In this document: piece by piece, positions 50,923 through 64,000 of the stretch
Layout: every line of letters starts with the position of its first letter
Position numbering within the stretch: the first letter of the stretch is position 1
NCBI GenBank assembly: GCA_965655095.1
Contig: OZ296650.1
Coordinates: 116,932,001-116,996,000, forward strand
From: Haplodiscus bocki
Taxonomy: Eukaryota
Reading direction: 5' to 3'
DNA: 64,000 nt
Notes under the pieces: model-generated
Seen by the model: only the letters and a program-made list of their open reading frames with translations
Databases searched by the model: none
What the model was told of the DNA's origin: nothing
Program-made: the position numbers and the translations under genes

Positions 50923-52849
50923 TAGAAAAATCCAGCTGGTGATTTTTCATAAATCATTTAGTTGACAATAGGATTCAAAATTGGGATGAAGTGAAACAAA
51001 AGGGTTGATATCGGGAAGGTGTTTAACATGAGGTTCCAGTAGAGCTAAAAATTTTGTAAAAATTTCATCAGTAGGGCATGTGAAAGCATTAAAGGTTACA
51101 TTCGGAAGAGTGGGTGAAATTGTGTTTGAGGTTTGAGATTCAGAAAAGTGTCGAAGAGGAGCGGTACTTGGAGGAACTGGGTCGTAATTGTATTGTTTCC
51201 CTGAAATAAAGGCAGAGAGTTTGGCAATTATACGCATGAGTGAACCATAAGAGTATTTTTTGCGTCCGAGTGCAGTATAGGTTGAACGAGAGGTATCATC
51301 TATAGGTGTTTCTACAAGAAAAAAGAGTTGAGAAAAAATTGAGAAACGTTATGTGATATGTTTGATGGGAGCAAAATATCATTTGCTAAAACAGGGACTT
51401 CTTGAGGTATTATTATTAGAAGAGGGGGGCTTTCATGAGGAGAATAAATATTGTTTTTTACCAGGTCATAAATATGAAAGGTGCCAGCGGCGGCTTGGTG
51501 ATCAATTTAGAGTGACTATGATAAGTGAAAGGTGAGGTGTATTTGTGATTTTGAAATACGAAACTTCGAGGGTGCTTGTGTTCGAGAAATGTTTTCTATA
51601 ATTGATGATTAAGTTTTTTGAAGATAAGAGGTAAGGTATCAGTAAAGCTAATACAAATAACGCATCGAGTTATTTTCAGAAATTTAAATTGGAGGTAGAG
51701 CAAATTTAATTTTTTGAGTTGCCAAAAATTGAGTTGAGATAGTTGTCGGGAAGCACATGAAACATAGTGGTGAAGAGTGCGGTCAGTGGGAAAATGAAAA
51801 ATTTTTGAAGTTGGAGTCAGGTATAAAGGTGGGAGGTTAGCTTTCGAATCAGGATGAGACTTTTAAGACCTTATTAAATCTGCAGAGACAGTGTTAAGTT
51901 TTGAAGGATGTCGGACTGGATGTAGTACTTGAAGCATGATACCAGAGTCTAGAAAAAGCGGCTTGCTGAGCTTATCATGTTTCCTTTTTAAGAAGAATTG
52001 TTGTCAATTTCAACTCGGAGATATAGAGGTGTGTTATTACGAAGATGTTTCAATTATTGGGAGGAGTCTAATATCTGAGTTGATGTTAAGTTCATAGTTA
52101 CGTTTGGTTTTTGAACTTCTGATGGAGGAAAAATTGAGTTTGAAGAAACTGGAGGACTTTGAAACTGGCATTGAGTTAATGTAGGATGAGGCATGTTTAC
52201 AACTGTGCATATGGTTAATTTTAGAACATCTGCGGTAAAAAATTGATAGGAGAAAAATTAGTGTTGAAAGAAGTTCTTTGCCGTCAACCATTTCGGGAGA
52301 GGCAGACATTGTAATTTTGAAATTGAGAGTTGAAAGTGGACGAAATGCAGAATAGAAAATGTTCAATTGAACCAGGTGAGGACAAATTGGATAAGTTTTT
52401 AAGTGAATAGGAATGAGGAAAAGTTTTTGGGTGCTTTATCAGGTGGTTGTGGATAAATAAAGTAGTTATCTTTCAAAGGTTTATCGGGATGTTCGGAGTG
52501 GTAACAGGAGTAGGAGATGCGATGTCCCAATTGCTGTCAACGGAGCTGGCTTGGTTTTCGGTATTTGACTTTGGGGTTATGGATGTGGTACGTGTCAGTG
52601 ATTTGGGTTGCTTCAATGAACGGAGTTTTAGAATATTTATTTTGGTTGTAAAGGAATTGAACCTAGATTGATGAAGTCTTGAGTGAGATTTGGAAAATCA
52701 CCAGGTGGCGTTGAGGTCAAAAGAAAAGATGGAAGATGAGTATCAATGTGAAGAAAAGAAATGGATGACTGAGATAAATGTCTAACCACGAGAGAGTTTG
52801 AGCGGTTTGATTATCATGTGAGGGTAGTGTTTTTTCTGAGGACGTTTAA

Positions 52850-55080
52850 AGATTTTTGTGTTTATTATTAACGGATTGATTATCATCAACCGAAATATCG
52901 AGTTTGCTTGGTTTATCACTGTCTAAAGATTTAATCATAGCATTGTTAATAGTACCCCAGAATCCGTGGCTAAAAGCACCGCAAAAAGTTATTTTTCGTC
53001 TGAGAAGGAGTTCAGCGTTAAATGATTTGCATAAGCTGGGGAGCATGTTAAACAGAAGTTGGTTGAAAAGAGCAATTAAAAAAAAATTTCGCATTGATTA
53101 TGGATAAAACATAGATACTCGAAAAAAAGAGGCAAGCATCTTCGAACAACTCAAGAAAAAAGAAAGCAGGTACGTTTTTTATGTTTTCAAGTACACCTAT
53201 GAATTTTATTTTTATAAGGGTCAAGAGCATACATACGATCATAAGATCATTTTTAGGTAAATTTTTTGAACAGATTTTGAGCTAAAATTTTTACCGAGGA
53301 GTTGTAATGTTTGTCTGTGTGTCTGGCAATTAAAACGCGATTCAAAATTTGTTTGACTTCACAGTTGGAGATTAGATTCCAGATTCCTGAGGCTTGAAGG
53401 TGTTTCGTCTAAAATCAGTTTTAATTTGCTTGGGTTCAAATAATTGTGGTAATTTTTTTCAAGTGGTTTAAAAGTCAGTACATATTTTTGATCAGTGTCA
53501 AAGTCAAGTGCAATTACGATTTCAATTGTTTTTTTTTACATGGCATTGGTGTGGCATAATCAAATGACTGACGAGTGATAGGGTTAAAATTCAAGGAAGT
53601 GTAGAAAGTGTCTTGGTAATTGGAAGGGTTTTCATAAAAGCATTGTTCTGCTTTGTATGAAAGAGAAAAACAATGTGGACAATCAGAGAGCCGAGCAGTG
53701 GAGCTTTCAACATAGAGTAAATTTTTTCGATTTTGAATTAAAAAAATCCTGCGAGTTGAGGGTTTTTTACGGAAACTGGTAGAATTGTTGATAGATGAGT
53801 TCGTTATGTTTCTCATACAGAGTGGATTTGTGTTTAGTTCGGACACTGTCATGATTCTAAACACATGTCAAAAGCATAGCCTATTTTTGTAAAGTAGGCA
53901 TCATAGTCAAGGGTGGCCAAGTTGTCAATGTTATGTACACGTGGAAAGACGAATATACCTTCACATTTTATGAGTTTTCCTCTAATTAAATTGATTCACA
54001 CTTCAGTGAGCGGATCCTTTCTGGGGAGTTGAAGAAGAATTTTTTGACTGGTGAGCATATTGACTCCTTCTTTGCTTGTAGGAAAGAGATCAGGGTATTA
54101 AGTTGTGTGTAATGCCAAAAATTTTACTATCTGAGAACATTTCATTTCTAGAGAGGTGATTTTCAGTCTGAAGGTTTGTTTTAAAACTGGGGTGTGTGTC
54201 GAGAAGAGAAGACTAATTAAAAAATGTTCGTTTCTAGCCAGTAAAATCAATAAATTTGGACATTCTGCATTGAATATATGGATTGAGAATATGAGTCAAA
54301 AATCTTGAAGGAACGAAACTTTAGTGCATGGTGCTAATACAGTGGGTTTGCTCAAAAACCATCAATATGATAACAGGGAAGTGCATGACTATCAAAAATG
54401 AAGACATTTTCTTCATAATCTTATGTAATTTCAACTTTTCGAATATTGAGAGACCAACTGTTTTTTCCATCATAGATTCAGTCTGTCCCAAAACACATTT
54501 TGTTCGTGGAGTGCGGCATCGAAGAAGGTCGTGAATTAGTAGTGTCAGCAAGAACGTCACAACAAAAATCTTTCAAATGTCGAACTTTAGAACGAGGTTG
54601 ATTCTCTGGCAGGGTTCTTTGTTGGACAATATCATAAAAAGATGTTAATGAAATATTGTAACTACATGAGTTCAAAGGCAGATTGTCAGTGCAATTAGGA
54701 AAGCAAATGTCAATTAAACTTTCAGTGGGGTCAAGTGTAAATGGTTGTTCAATGGTGTTGGGCTGTTTATCAGATCGATTGTGGCGGCGATATATACAAT
54801 CAGATTGTGCACATATAGAGCCTTCTTTTTCAACTTACGTTTCACAAGTCCAAGCTTGAGGCGTTTGGTTTTTGCACGTACAACGACGTTAGCCAAATAT
54901 TGAGTATATTCTAATAATAAGGGAGTTTCGTCGCAAATTTGATCATGAGTTAACGCAATTTGTTGGATATTATTTTGATGTGAGCAGTTTTAATTTGAAT
55001 CGGGAATGTCAAAAGTATGAGGATCGTTTAGTGGAATGTTTCAAGTTTATCTTGATTGAGTATATGGCGGAACACAAAAA
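52850..55080 (-). pseudogene. env-like glycoprotein of element 2, degenerate
   Basis: ANVVVRAKTKRLK ~ element 1 VSVSVPARAEQ; DCPHCFSLSYKAEQCF..YQDT..NPITRQSFDYATPMPC ~ element 1 DCPHFL..YQDTV..PITKQTFKYAT; GAFSHGFWGTI near the C-terminus. Confidence 0.7.
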
Positions 55081-58000
55081 TTGAGAAGTATTAAAGAAAT
55101 TAGAGGCTTCGTTGAAAATCGTGGTAGATTCAAGATATGTCATTGTGTTAAGAAAAAACATAGAACCATTTATTGAAGGAAAGGGATGTTGGTCACTAAC
55201 AAGGAGGTTGAGATTGGTGTCATTAAAGGATGAGGGTTTGTTTTGAAATGGACCTAGGTATGAGAATGTTTTGGGTGTGGGTTTAAAAAATCGAAACCTA
55301 CAGTGACTACAATTTTAGTTTGGAGATTTGGGTCTCTTGTATGTAACTCGGTAACGCGACGTTGGTTTGAAATTGATGGACTATAGTTAGTAGTATGAAC
55401 AGCAACAAAAAGGAATCTTGGACTTTCCGACCGAAGCTGATCTTGTAAGATGAGAATGTTTTCAATAAAGAAGGTAACTTTTTCGGTTTGGTTTGGGAGG
55501 AGTTTAGAAACTTTCAGTACCAAGATTGAGAAGATCTACAAACTGAGTGTCAGTTGAAATTGTAGATGAGTGCCAGGGAGTTCGAGAGAAAAGATGACTA
55601 CACGGATTTTGTGATATAGTCATGAGGATTTTTGTGAAACTTCAGCATCGACACAAGAAGTGGCAGTAGGTTGAACAAGAGAAAGTGTGTGTGAGGATTT
55701 CGATTGAACTCGATGTCTAACAAGGCTGGAATATGAGCCTCCACTTGGAGGGAGTGGGTCTTGGTTTGAATAGATTTGGATGCCGGTGTGGTTTTATAAG
55801 AAGAGGTGTCTGTTTCAAATATGTGCTGGAGGAGATCTTCTAAGGACTCTGAAGTAAATTTAGTGCGAGTTTTCGATGGTGGGAGTTGAGGGTAAAATTC
55901 TGAGATTTTTTTTGAATTACAATCAAAGGAACAGGATTTGTTAGTGATCACTTTTAATGATTGTAATACAGGGAGTGGGGATGATTCAAAAAAAGGATTG
56001 GAAGGAAAAGAGTCAGTTTGAGAACGTGAACGACGAGTTTCAATGCTGACGCTGTGGCGTCTAATTTGAGTAGAAGGTTGGCTCAATCTTGAAACGAGAA
56101 CGGGATCATTACCACCGGGATCAGGATTATGAAAAATGGGTGGAGTTGGAGTAATGTTGAGTGAGCTTTGAGCAAGGCTAAAGGAGGCAGAAGAGGAAAG
56201 ACTTGACCTGGACTTAACAGTTGAAAGTATTGTGTGTAAAGGAGGATGGTTTAATTGGGAGGAGAGTTTTAGATAACCTGAGAGATAATCGTCACTAGAT
56301 GAAATAGTTGAGTTTGTCATTAAGTTTAATTCTTGATGCCTATCAATATCATTATTTTCCTTACTCTGTGAGGTTGGATTTGGAGAAATCATCTTGTTGG
56401 GAGTATCCAGGTTGATAGTGTTCGAGAATTACTTCTCCTGAGTTTTTTTTCAATAAATCAGAGTTTTCTTAATAAAAAGACTTCATGAGGGACACGGTAA
56501 ACTATCTCAAGTTAAAATGGTAGCTGTGGAAAAATAACAAATTTCTTCTTGTTTGTAACGTGATTAGAGTACCTGACTCTTGCAAGGTTCCAGATAGTGT
56601 GACATTATTGATGGTGGATGTATTGTATAATTTAAGAAACCGGGAATGATTCCGGAAATCGAAGACGAAGTCGAGAACTCGTAGTTACTAGAACCGAAAA
56701 GGCTAAGTTGGGACCGAGATGACTTTAAGAAATCCCAAGATCATGAGAGTGTTGTGTTGTTAGGTAGGAAAGCTAATAGCTAATACGAGTTTGAGAATCA
56801 AGAATATTTTGCCTGGGAGTCGGACGAAGTTCACTTGGTATTTGCTTAATACGTGTGTTACTACAAGAATCTGTGGAGATAGGAACAATTCATGTGATGT
56901 GTCTGGAATAGGAAGATAAAACTGAGAGTGTGGGTGTGGCTATGTAAAGGGAAAACTTGTTTTGGTACATTGCAAGTACAAGTCTAAGTCATGCGTTGGT
57001 TTCATCATTAAATCCAAAGGTTAAGAAAAATGATTTTGAGGTATCAGAAAATAACCGGTGTGAGTTTGAAGTTGGTTGAGTTGATGTCAATCCAAAACTA
57101 TCTTGAGATGATGAAAATTTTGGGTTTTCGTGTATCTCAATTTGACAGGAGCCAAGATCAGTGTTATCGAAATCAGTATCGAAATTTTCACAATTTTGAT
57201 TTCGAGGGAAAATCGATTGTTCTTTGGAGTAAAATTCTATATTGTGCTTTCGATGAGGATGGAAAATCGAGCCATCGAATGCGAGTATTTCAAAAGGAAC
57301 ACCGTATGTGTGGCGGTTTTTTTAGGGGCTAATGCGTAGAGGTTTTAGGTTTAATTGAAAAGTGTAAAAAGGTTTTAACGTTTCTGTGTACGGCAAAAGA
57401 GTCTTGGGTAAATGTTTTTGATTAGTGGTTTCTATTTTTGACGTGTGTGATGTTACTGAATTAGAATGGTTCCAGTGTACAGGTGAGTAGGTTTCTAAGG
57501 TAGCGTTTACGGTACCTAGAAGCCACAGAGAATTTCATTTTGATAGAATCGTTGAAAAGAAAGTGTTGAGTTCATTAGTAAGAGATAAATAGTGAGTGGG
57601 TAATTCAGAGCAAAATGTGGAAGTCAATGTTTGAGGAGAATCATGTTTCATGTTTGATTTAATTAGTCAGGGAATTCGAGGATGAGTATGAAAAACTTTA
57701 TGGCATGGGTTTAGTATTGGAAAAAAGTAGTAGTGTTATGAGCGTATGCATACACATTGTTTGAGTTGACCATTTATCTGGGGTATCATCTAAAATTAAT
57801 AGCAATTGAGTTGCAAGACCATGGTTCTGAATTTCAACGAGGCGACTAGTCCATGGCGAGTATGCTGTGCGAGGGTAGTGTTTATTTTTGAGAAGGGTAC
57901 AACAACTAGCCATGTCTTTAGTGATAAAAGTGGATGCTCGAAATGTATCAATACGCCGAGGAGGTCCAAGTTTTGTAATTCAGTGGCATAGGAAAGTTTG

Positions 58001-61000
58001 AACTGAGAGTTTGGAATTTCTTTGGAGTTCTAATTGTTTTAGTAAAACGACTAAACTCGTCAATGATGGAAAAGATATGAAAATATATTTCTATCTGAAC
58101 AAGGAGAATTATGGCCTTTGGTATCCATTGCATTGGGATTCGATAATTGAAATGAGTGACCTTTCAAGGAAAGGGCAGAAGTGAATCAACTATTTTGAAT
58201 CGGAAAGTTATCTGACAAAAAAAGAAAACTTTAATTAGAGATGAGGAAGGTAATAAAATTGACTGAAAGACCCAATGGAAAGCTTTTCACCAGCGTGAGC
58301 ATGTGAATACATTTTATAAGTTGAACCTGGGAAAAGTTTAAATTGTAAGCAAACTAAATTTATGTTTTTGCAGTATTGCGTTTTTTTTTCAAAGTTTGCT
58401 TCAACGGTACGTGGGTTTTCCAAGTAGGATTGGATGAGCTGATATTGTGAATCTGAAAACAAAGGATCAAAAGTTTTGTAAAAAGTGAATTTACTTTTCA
58501 AAAAGTACCCTTATTTAAAGGAGTTAATGTAAAATGTTTAGTATCAGGTTTAGTTGAGCCATTTAGTACGGTGCAAAGTACTCTTTGGAGTGTTTGAGTT
58601 TCAGGATAGGAGGTTAAATGAGTTTAGAATCAACTGGAAAAAAACTGCTTGAAAGTTTAGGTTTTTTTTGAATGAGGGATCGATATTTGACGTGGAGTTT
58701 TGAGTTGAGTTTTGTGCAATGCGTGCTTGTGTAATTGAGTTAGTATCAAAAGAAGGAGAAATTCCAATGTTTTGAACAACTTTTTTGGTTGAAATGGGTC
58801 AAATTAACATATGGGAAGAGTTCCGCAATCGTAGAATCATAATTGGATTTTTCATTAAGAACTGGGATACGTTCATTACTAGGGTTGGCATTACTGTCCA
58901 AATCAGTTTCGTTTAACATTGGATTTTGTTGTATTACTGATTTGGCTTGTCTTTTAAACAGATTTTCAGTTTTTTTCTGGAAAAAAATGATAGCTCTCAA
59001 TAAGAATAAAAGATCATTGCCACTATTTCTACTTCTCAGAGTGAACTAAGCATCACTATAATCATCTAAAATGGGACGTGGGTCACTTTTTTGTAGAAAT
59101 ATCTTTTCACATTTTGCGAAATATTTAAGGACTTCTACAGAGATACCAGGTTGGATTTGTACAAAATCAGAAAGTGTATGGAAAGTTTTTTGTTTCAATT
59201 GACATACGCTTGTGTTAATATTGGTAACATCTCAACCGAGCATGTCAGCAACAGCTAGAATCGTGCCTGCGGTGTGAATGAGTTTCAGTTTGAAAAAACT
59301 GAATAAAGAAGTTTGAGCTGTGTTCCGACTTGGCGTGAGAATTCTTTTTGGGGTGAAAAATACGCGAAATGGGATCTTATCTTTGAGAAATGTAATTGAA
59401 AATTTCGAAACAAAGATTGAAAATTCATAAAAAGCCAACGAAAATGTAATTGCACATTTTTGTATCGTTTGTGGATAGTTTTGGTTTTTGATTGCTTGAA
59501 AAAACAGAACTGTATGAGAGTACTTGCATTTCGTTTTTTTTGGTTAGGGTAAAATGTTACAGCACCAATGCCTCCTCAAGATGCGTCAACTGATTCACAA
59601 AACTGATGAGTTGTTTTAGGAATTGCCAGTTCAGCATCTTTTATGAGTGAAGTTTTAATTTTTTGAAAGTGTAAAAGTGTCAAAAGAAGAGGTCCTTTTA
59701 AAGAAAGCATAATCATGTAGAAAAGTGTAAAAAGTTGCACTTAAAGAAAGATTTTTATCAAAACTAGAGTACAAAGTCATAGAACCTATGTATCTCAATA
59801 AATCACATTTAGATGTGGTGGTGTTAGGTAGTTAAAAGACATCTTTTTTCCAGTAAACAGTTTTGATAGTTCCATTTCCGTGTCTATTAACTTTTACTGT
59901 CAGAAAATTGTGAGAAGTCTTCTCCGGGGCAAGTAAAGGATTTTTGATTCGACTATTTTCGTGCAGTTGTTCAAAAGATCAAGGGTTGGAGACTTAGTTT
60001 GAGATAAGAGGAGAATAGGGTCAAAACAAAGACGGGTGAACTTTTGATCAGTGGGTTTTTGAAATGAAAAGAGTTTATTTGTTTTTGAAGAAATGCGGGA
60101 CTCCTTGGATCCGTAAAGAATTTCGACGAAAGCGTATAATATATCCCCCATAGAGAGACTAGTGAGACCTATGGTCTTTTGTATTTTATTTAGAGGAGCA
60201 TGGGCATATGCTTACATCAACCATAAAGCAGTTTTGTTCTTTTCATTTGCGCGATCGAAGTGAGATGTTAGAGTTTCAATGGGCCTTGATTCAAAAGCCT
60301 GGTTTGTGATGGATTTTTGATGGCGTGCGTCAAGGATGGCTTTAATTGGTTTTTTCTCGAGGTTGAAAATGAGCGGATTTTGAAAAATTGTCCAATAATG
60401 TGGTTGATCTTGTGATTTTGAACTGATTTGGCGGATAGGTTTTTGTTTATGTAAATCAAGAAAAAGATTTTTCAGTTGTTCCCGATAGTGGAAAGTTACT
60501 TCAGTAGAACGTTGAGTTCGGAAAATTGCGTTAGGTTTTACATGTATTTCCTTTTTCCGACTTCATAACTATGAGTGGCCTAGCAATGTTGGTAATTTAC
60601 GAGGATCTTGCAACTTCGGAGATAATCTTCGGAGGTTTTAACGGAAAAAAGGAATTTGAATTTCTTCAAGAACTTGAGAGTGTCGTGTGGTTTTGGAAGT
60701 GTAGGGAAGTTAATATGGACAGTTTGAGTTTCTTGTAAGTTATTGATTTGAATCGTGGGCATTGGTATTTCTGTTAGGGAGTATTTGCAATTGGTTGAGT
60801 TTCGTAAAGCTGGTTTGGGTTCCGAGAGGGGAAGATAAGGTGAATTTTTTACTGACTGTACAAGTGTGTCAATGTCCTTAACATAAAACAATGAAGCTTT
60901 TCTTAGCTGTAGCAGGAACTTCAATGTAACCCATATAAACATCAGGATTTGTAGTTAAGTGGTTCGCAATGTTTTATATCATAACTGAGCACAGGTGAAA

Positions 61001-63230
61001 GTTTCAGTTATGTGTGGATGAATTGTCGGGTCCATGTTAAAATTGGAGGAAAGTGATTACTGAGTTCGAACGACGGTTAAATTGTGACCGGATGATAGTT
61101 TCTTTTTCATGAGTTTTAAAAGTTAACTTTACAGTAGGTTTGATTGCAAAATGAGCATTGTTGCGTAAATTATAATGTTTCGTTACGCGAATTTTTTTAT
61201 GAAAAGATGAAAAAATAATTCTTTCTTTTTGTAGTGTAAATGGGGCAGTGTTAAGTTTTGATATTTGAGAAACTTCAAAAATAGGAGACCTATTCTCAAT
61301 GTTTAGTGAATTTAATTGTTTTTCAAGGATTGGAGTACCACCAAGATTGTTACCTTTAGTGTTTGCAATGGAGAATAGGACGATAATGTATGAGCTTGAA
61401 GGTTGAGTGAGAGACGGCTTGTGAGAGAGACATTGAAGAAGGTTAGGAACTTCAGTTAGGTTTGCAACTGCGGTTGTTTAACTTTTAGAGTTATTACTGG
61501 GTGTCCATTAATATTGGAGAAATTGGTGTGCGAGTATGGTGGAAGAGGGAATGATCCAAAAGTGAAATAGAAACACCACCATCTAAAAGATTGTGATTTT
61601 TATTTTAGTTGGAATTTTTATTGAAATCTTTTGGTTTCGCGGTACATAATTTGATTTATCAGTCAAATGGAGTAATAGCAGTAGAATGAGCAGTTGGATG
61701 AGACTCATTACTTTCGAAATAAATTTTGTATTTGTAATCTTCGTCAGCAGTTTGTGTTGTTTCAACAGAGGGAGTACACTAAGAATTTGAGTTCAAATAT
61801 GATCGGTTCTTTATTTAACGAGGTTGTGAAGGTGCTCCATAAAGAGTTTTTTTTCCTTTAGGAAGCGAAATTGGGTTACAAGTTGAAAAAAAGTGATTGC
61901 AATATGAGCGTTCTAGGGATCTGAGACTATGACGATTCTGGCACTATGAGTAAGTTGAGCAACTTGAGTGTGAGTTGGAGTTTTTGAAATGAGATTTATG
62001 AAATGTCTGAAAGTAATCCTTACGGAAGGGCGAAGTAATTTTTCAATGATGTATAAGACGTATAAGACTTATGTGGATAAATTTTGTAGTGATCTCTTCA
62101 TTGAGAATGAGATCGAGGATGATTTTGAGGTATAAAATTTCAAAATTGTGCTGCAGAAATGATTATTATATCTTCCACTGCGTTGTCGATTAGTATTATA
62201 TCTTTTGTTTAAGTTAGAGCGTGAAACTCTGGAAAGCTGGTGGAATGATGGAGTTGGCGATTTTGATTGCTGTGGGCGATGTTTCAATAAATTAATTCTG
62301 AGAAAGCATGTAGAAACTAAATCATCGATTTTAAGACAGAAATTGAACTATATTTTATTGGAGGTTTTAATTTTATTGTTGAGGGTGATTTCAGTAAGTT
62401 GTGAAGCATGAAGTTTTGGGGAACCGTTTGATGTAGAGGTTCATGAATATAAATAGCTGGAAATTGTATCAATTTCATGAGAAGGTTCTTGATTTTCAAC
62501 GGTGATTTTCTCAGAGTCAATCATGTCTATGCGTGAGTGAAAAAAATTCGAAGGTTCTAAGGAACTGGAAATATCTTTAAATTGAGGTTTGCTGGCAAAA
62601 TCTTCGAGTTTTTCTCGAGAAACCACCAAGAAAGTTTCTTCACAAACCAGGTTTAAGGTTTTAAGATATCCTTGTTTTATAAGCATTTCAACTGCGAGAG
62701 CAAAAAGTCTAACTTTTTCAGTATCCCTTTTATTAAGACCAAAGGCTTCAAGTTGAGCATGTTATGCATGTTTCTGTGAAAAGAAAAGTCTTTGAAAGGT
62801 TGGCTGAGAAGGGACCAACCAATTTCATTTACTTTTGGCAGTCGCCAATTAGAGGTTGTCCCAGTGAGTTGTCAATATAGGAGTGACTTTCGTCTAGAAT
62901 GCCAGCCTAAATAGGAGTAAGGATCAATAGGTTGTGGATGAAGTTCAACTGGTAGGCGGGCACTGAGATCAGCAAGAATTTTTTCTGGTGGGTAAGAGTG
63001 TTTTAGCCAATAAAATTCTTGAAAGATATGAGGGAGCAGCAACCGGAACTGGGAGAGAGGTTTTTGTATTTTGAGGAGGATTAGTATATGGAGGATATGG
63101 AGGAAAAAATCGTGATATGGATGAGTTTGGTTGTGAATGAGGAGGAATTAAAGAAGTTGGCTAAAAAGAGAAAGAATGTGAAGTTTGCACAGAATGGTAT
63201 AATAACTGTGTAGTGTGTGGTTCAGTTTGT

Positions 63231-63287
63231 GAGTGAGAGTATAGGTGAGGAGTTGAGTGAGAGTACAGGTGAGAAGTTGAGTGAGAG
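63231..63287 (-). repeat. 24-bp tandem repeat (~2.4 units) in the element 2 gag N-terminal extension
   Basis: gagtgagagtataggtgaggagtt / gagtgagagtacaggtgagaagtt; encodes SHSTSHLYSHSTPHLYSHS. Confidence 0.7.
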
Positions 63288-64000
63288 GTTTTAGGGTTTG
63301 TATGTGGTGTTTGTGGAGGAAACTGAGGGGTTTTTCGTTCCGATATAGATGTGGAATGGAAGCTAAAATTATGATGTGCGTGACTCACATTCACGTTTTG
63401 TGTTGTAACAGCAGGACGATATCGATTCACAAATAAGGAGGGCTGAGTAGTAAAAACAGAATAATTTTGGTCCTTATTAAAATCTGAGGTTGCGTTATGG
63501 TAACTGGAGTTGATGTGAAGTTTGGCAAAAATGGTATTTCAAACTGAGTTTTTGTTATGATCTTAGAAAGATATTCTGATGCAACTGAAAAGTAAAATGG
63601 GATATGAGAACTATTTGAAAGAGGTGAAGGAGGAGTTTTAGCGGAGCATCAGGTGATTGAGAAATTTTTTGAAGGGAAATTTTTGAGGAGGGATTACCAG
63701 AAAATCTAAGCGAAGCAGGAAGAGTAAATTTCTGTTGTCAGGTTAGATGAAAGATTGAATAGGAGTTTGAACGTTTTAGGAGGAAAGAAATCCTGTTGCA
63801 CTTGGTGAAAAAGCAGAGGGTTCTATCGAAGTGCTAGAAATTCTGCTAACACTTTGAATTTGAGGGTTGTTTCCATCTGATTTATGATTAAGATATACAC
63901 CTTGAAACTGAATCATCGAACACGGACTTAGAGGATCAGCTAGGTAAAAACTATTGAGAACACATAATGGATTAAAGGTGGGCTTAACAATTTTTTTGCC

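Larger units (their letters stand above)
50925..64000 (-). mobile_element. Second giant env-bearing Ty3/Gypsy element (decayed; 3' end truncated, 5' end beyond the window)
   Basis: Minus-strand gag (YPPEKILADLSAR, HAQLEAFGLNKRDTEKVRLFALAVEMLIKQGY, ~62600-63020), RT (~59800-60450), RNase H (HTAGTILAVADML, ~59240-59280), IN (HAHAGEKL, SIIDEFSRF, TAYSPWTSRLVEIQN, ~57600-58320) and env. No 3' LTR seen. Confidence 0.88.

Noticed and set aside
55598-56392. 264-aa S/P-rich ORF as a separate host gene
   Set aside because: It lies between IN and env of element 2 with the same compositional skew and is best read as the low-complexity pol tail or an element ORF remnant.

Overview
AT-rich eukaryotic (animal) genomic DNA with GT-AG introns; an invertebrate such as an acoel flatworm is a weak inference from composition and element types. 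Two things dominate the window. (1) An eIF4G gene in scrambled form. At least 14 exons or exon pieces covering the N-terminus, PABP-binding motif, YxxxxLphi eIF4E-binding motif, MIF4G, linker, MA3 and W2 all lie on the minus strand but out of the normal order. Three chimeric exon types are fused in frame, one of them carrying a LINE-ORF1-like coiled coil. One spliced run (47.4-44.3 kb) is still open for about 470 codons and keeps the eIF4E-binding motif without MIF4G. (2) Very large, decayed Ty3/Gypsy elements with a cysteine-rich, gB/chuvirus-like env and accessory or antisense ORF relics. One is complete at 28.8 kb (14139-42937, 295/284-bp LTRs) and its gag 5' region is expanded into a five-copy 2.35-kb tandem array. 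A second runs on the minus strand from about 50.9 kb to the window end, and there is an integrase relic at 1-1.2 kb. The window also holds a CR1/L2-type LINE, a CACTA-like MITE with a visible empty site, and a three-copy 0.8-kb repeat located at rearrangement junctions. All domain calls are by-eye motif recognition; no searches were run.
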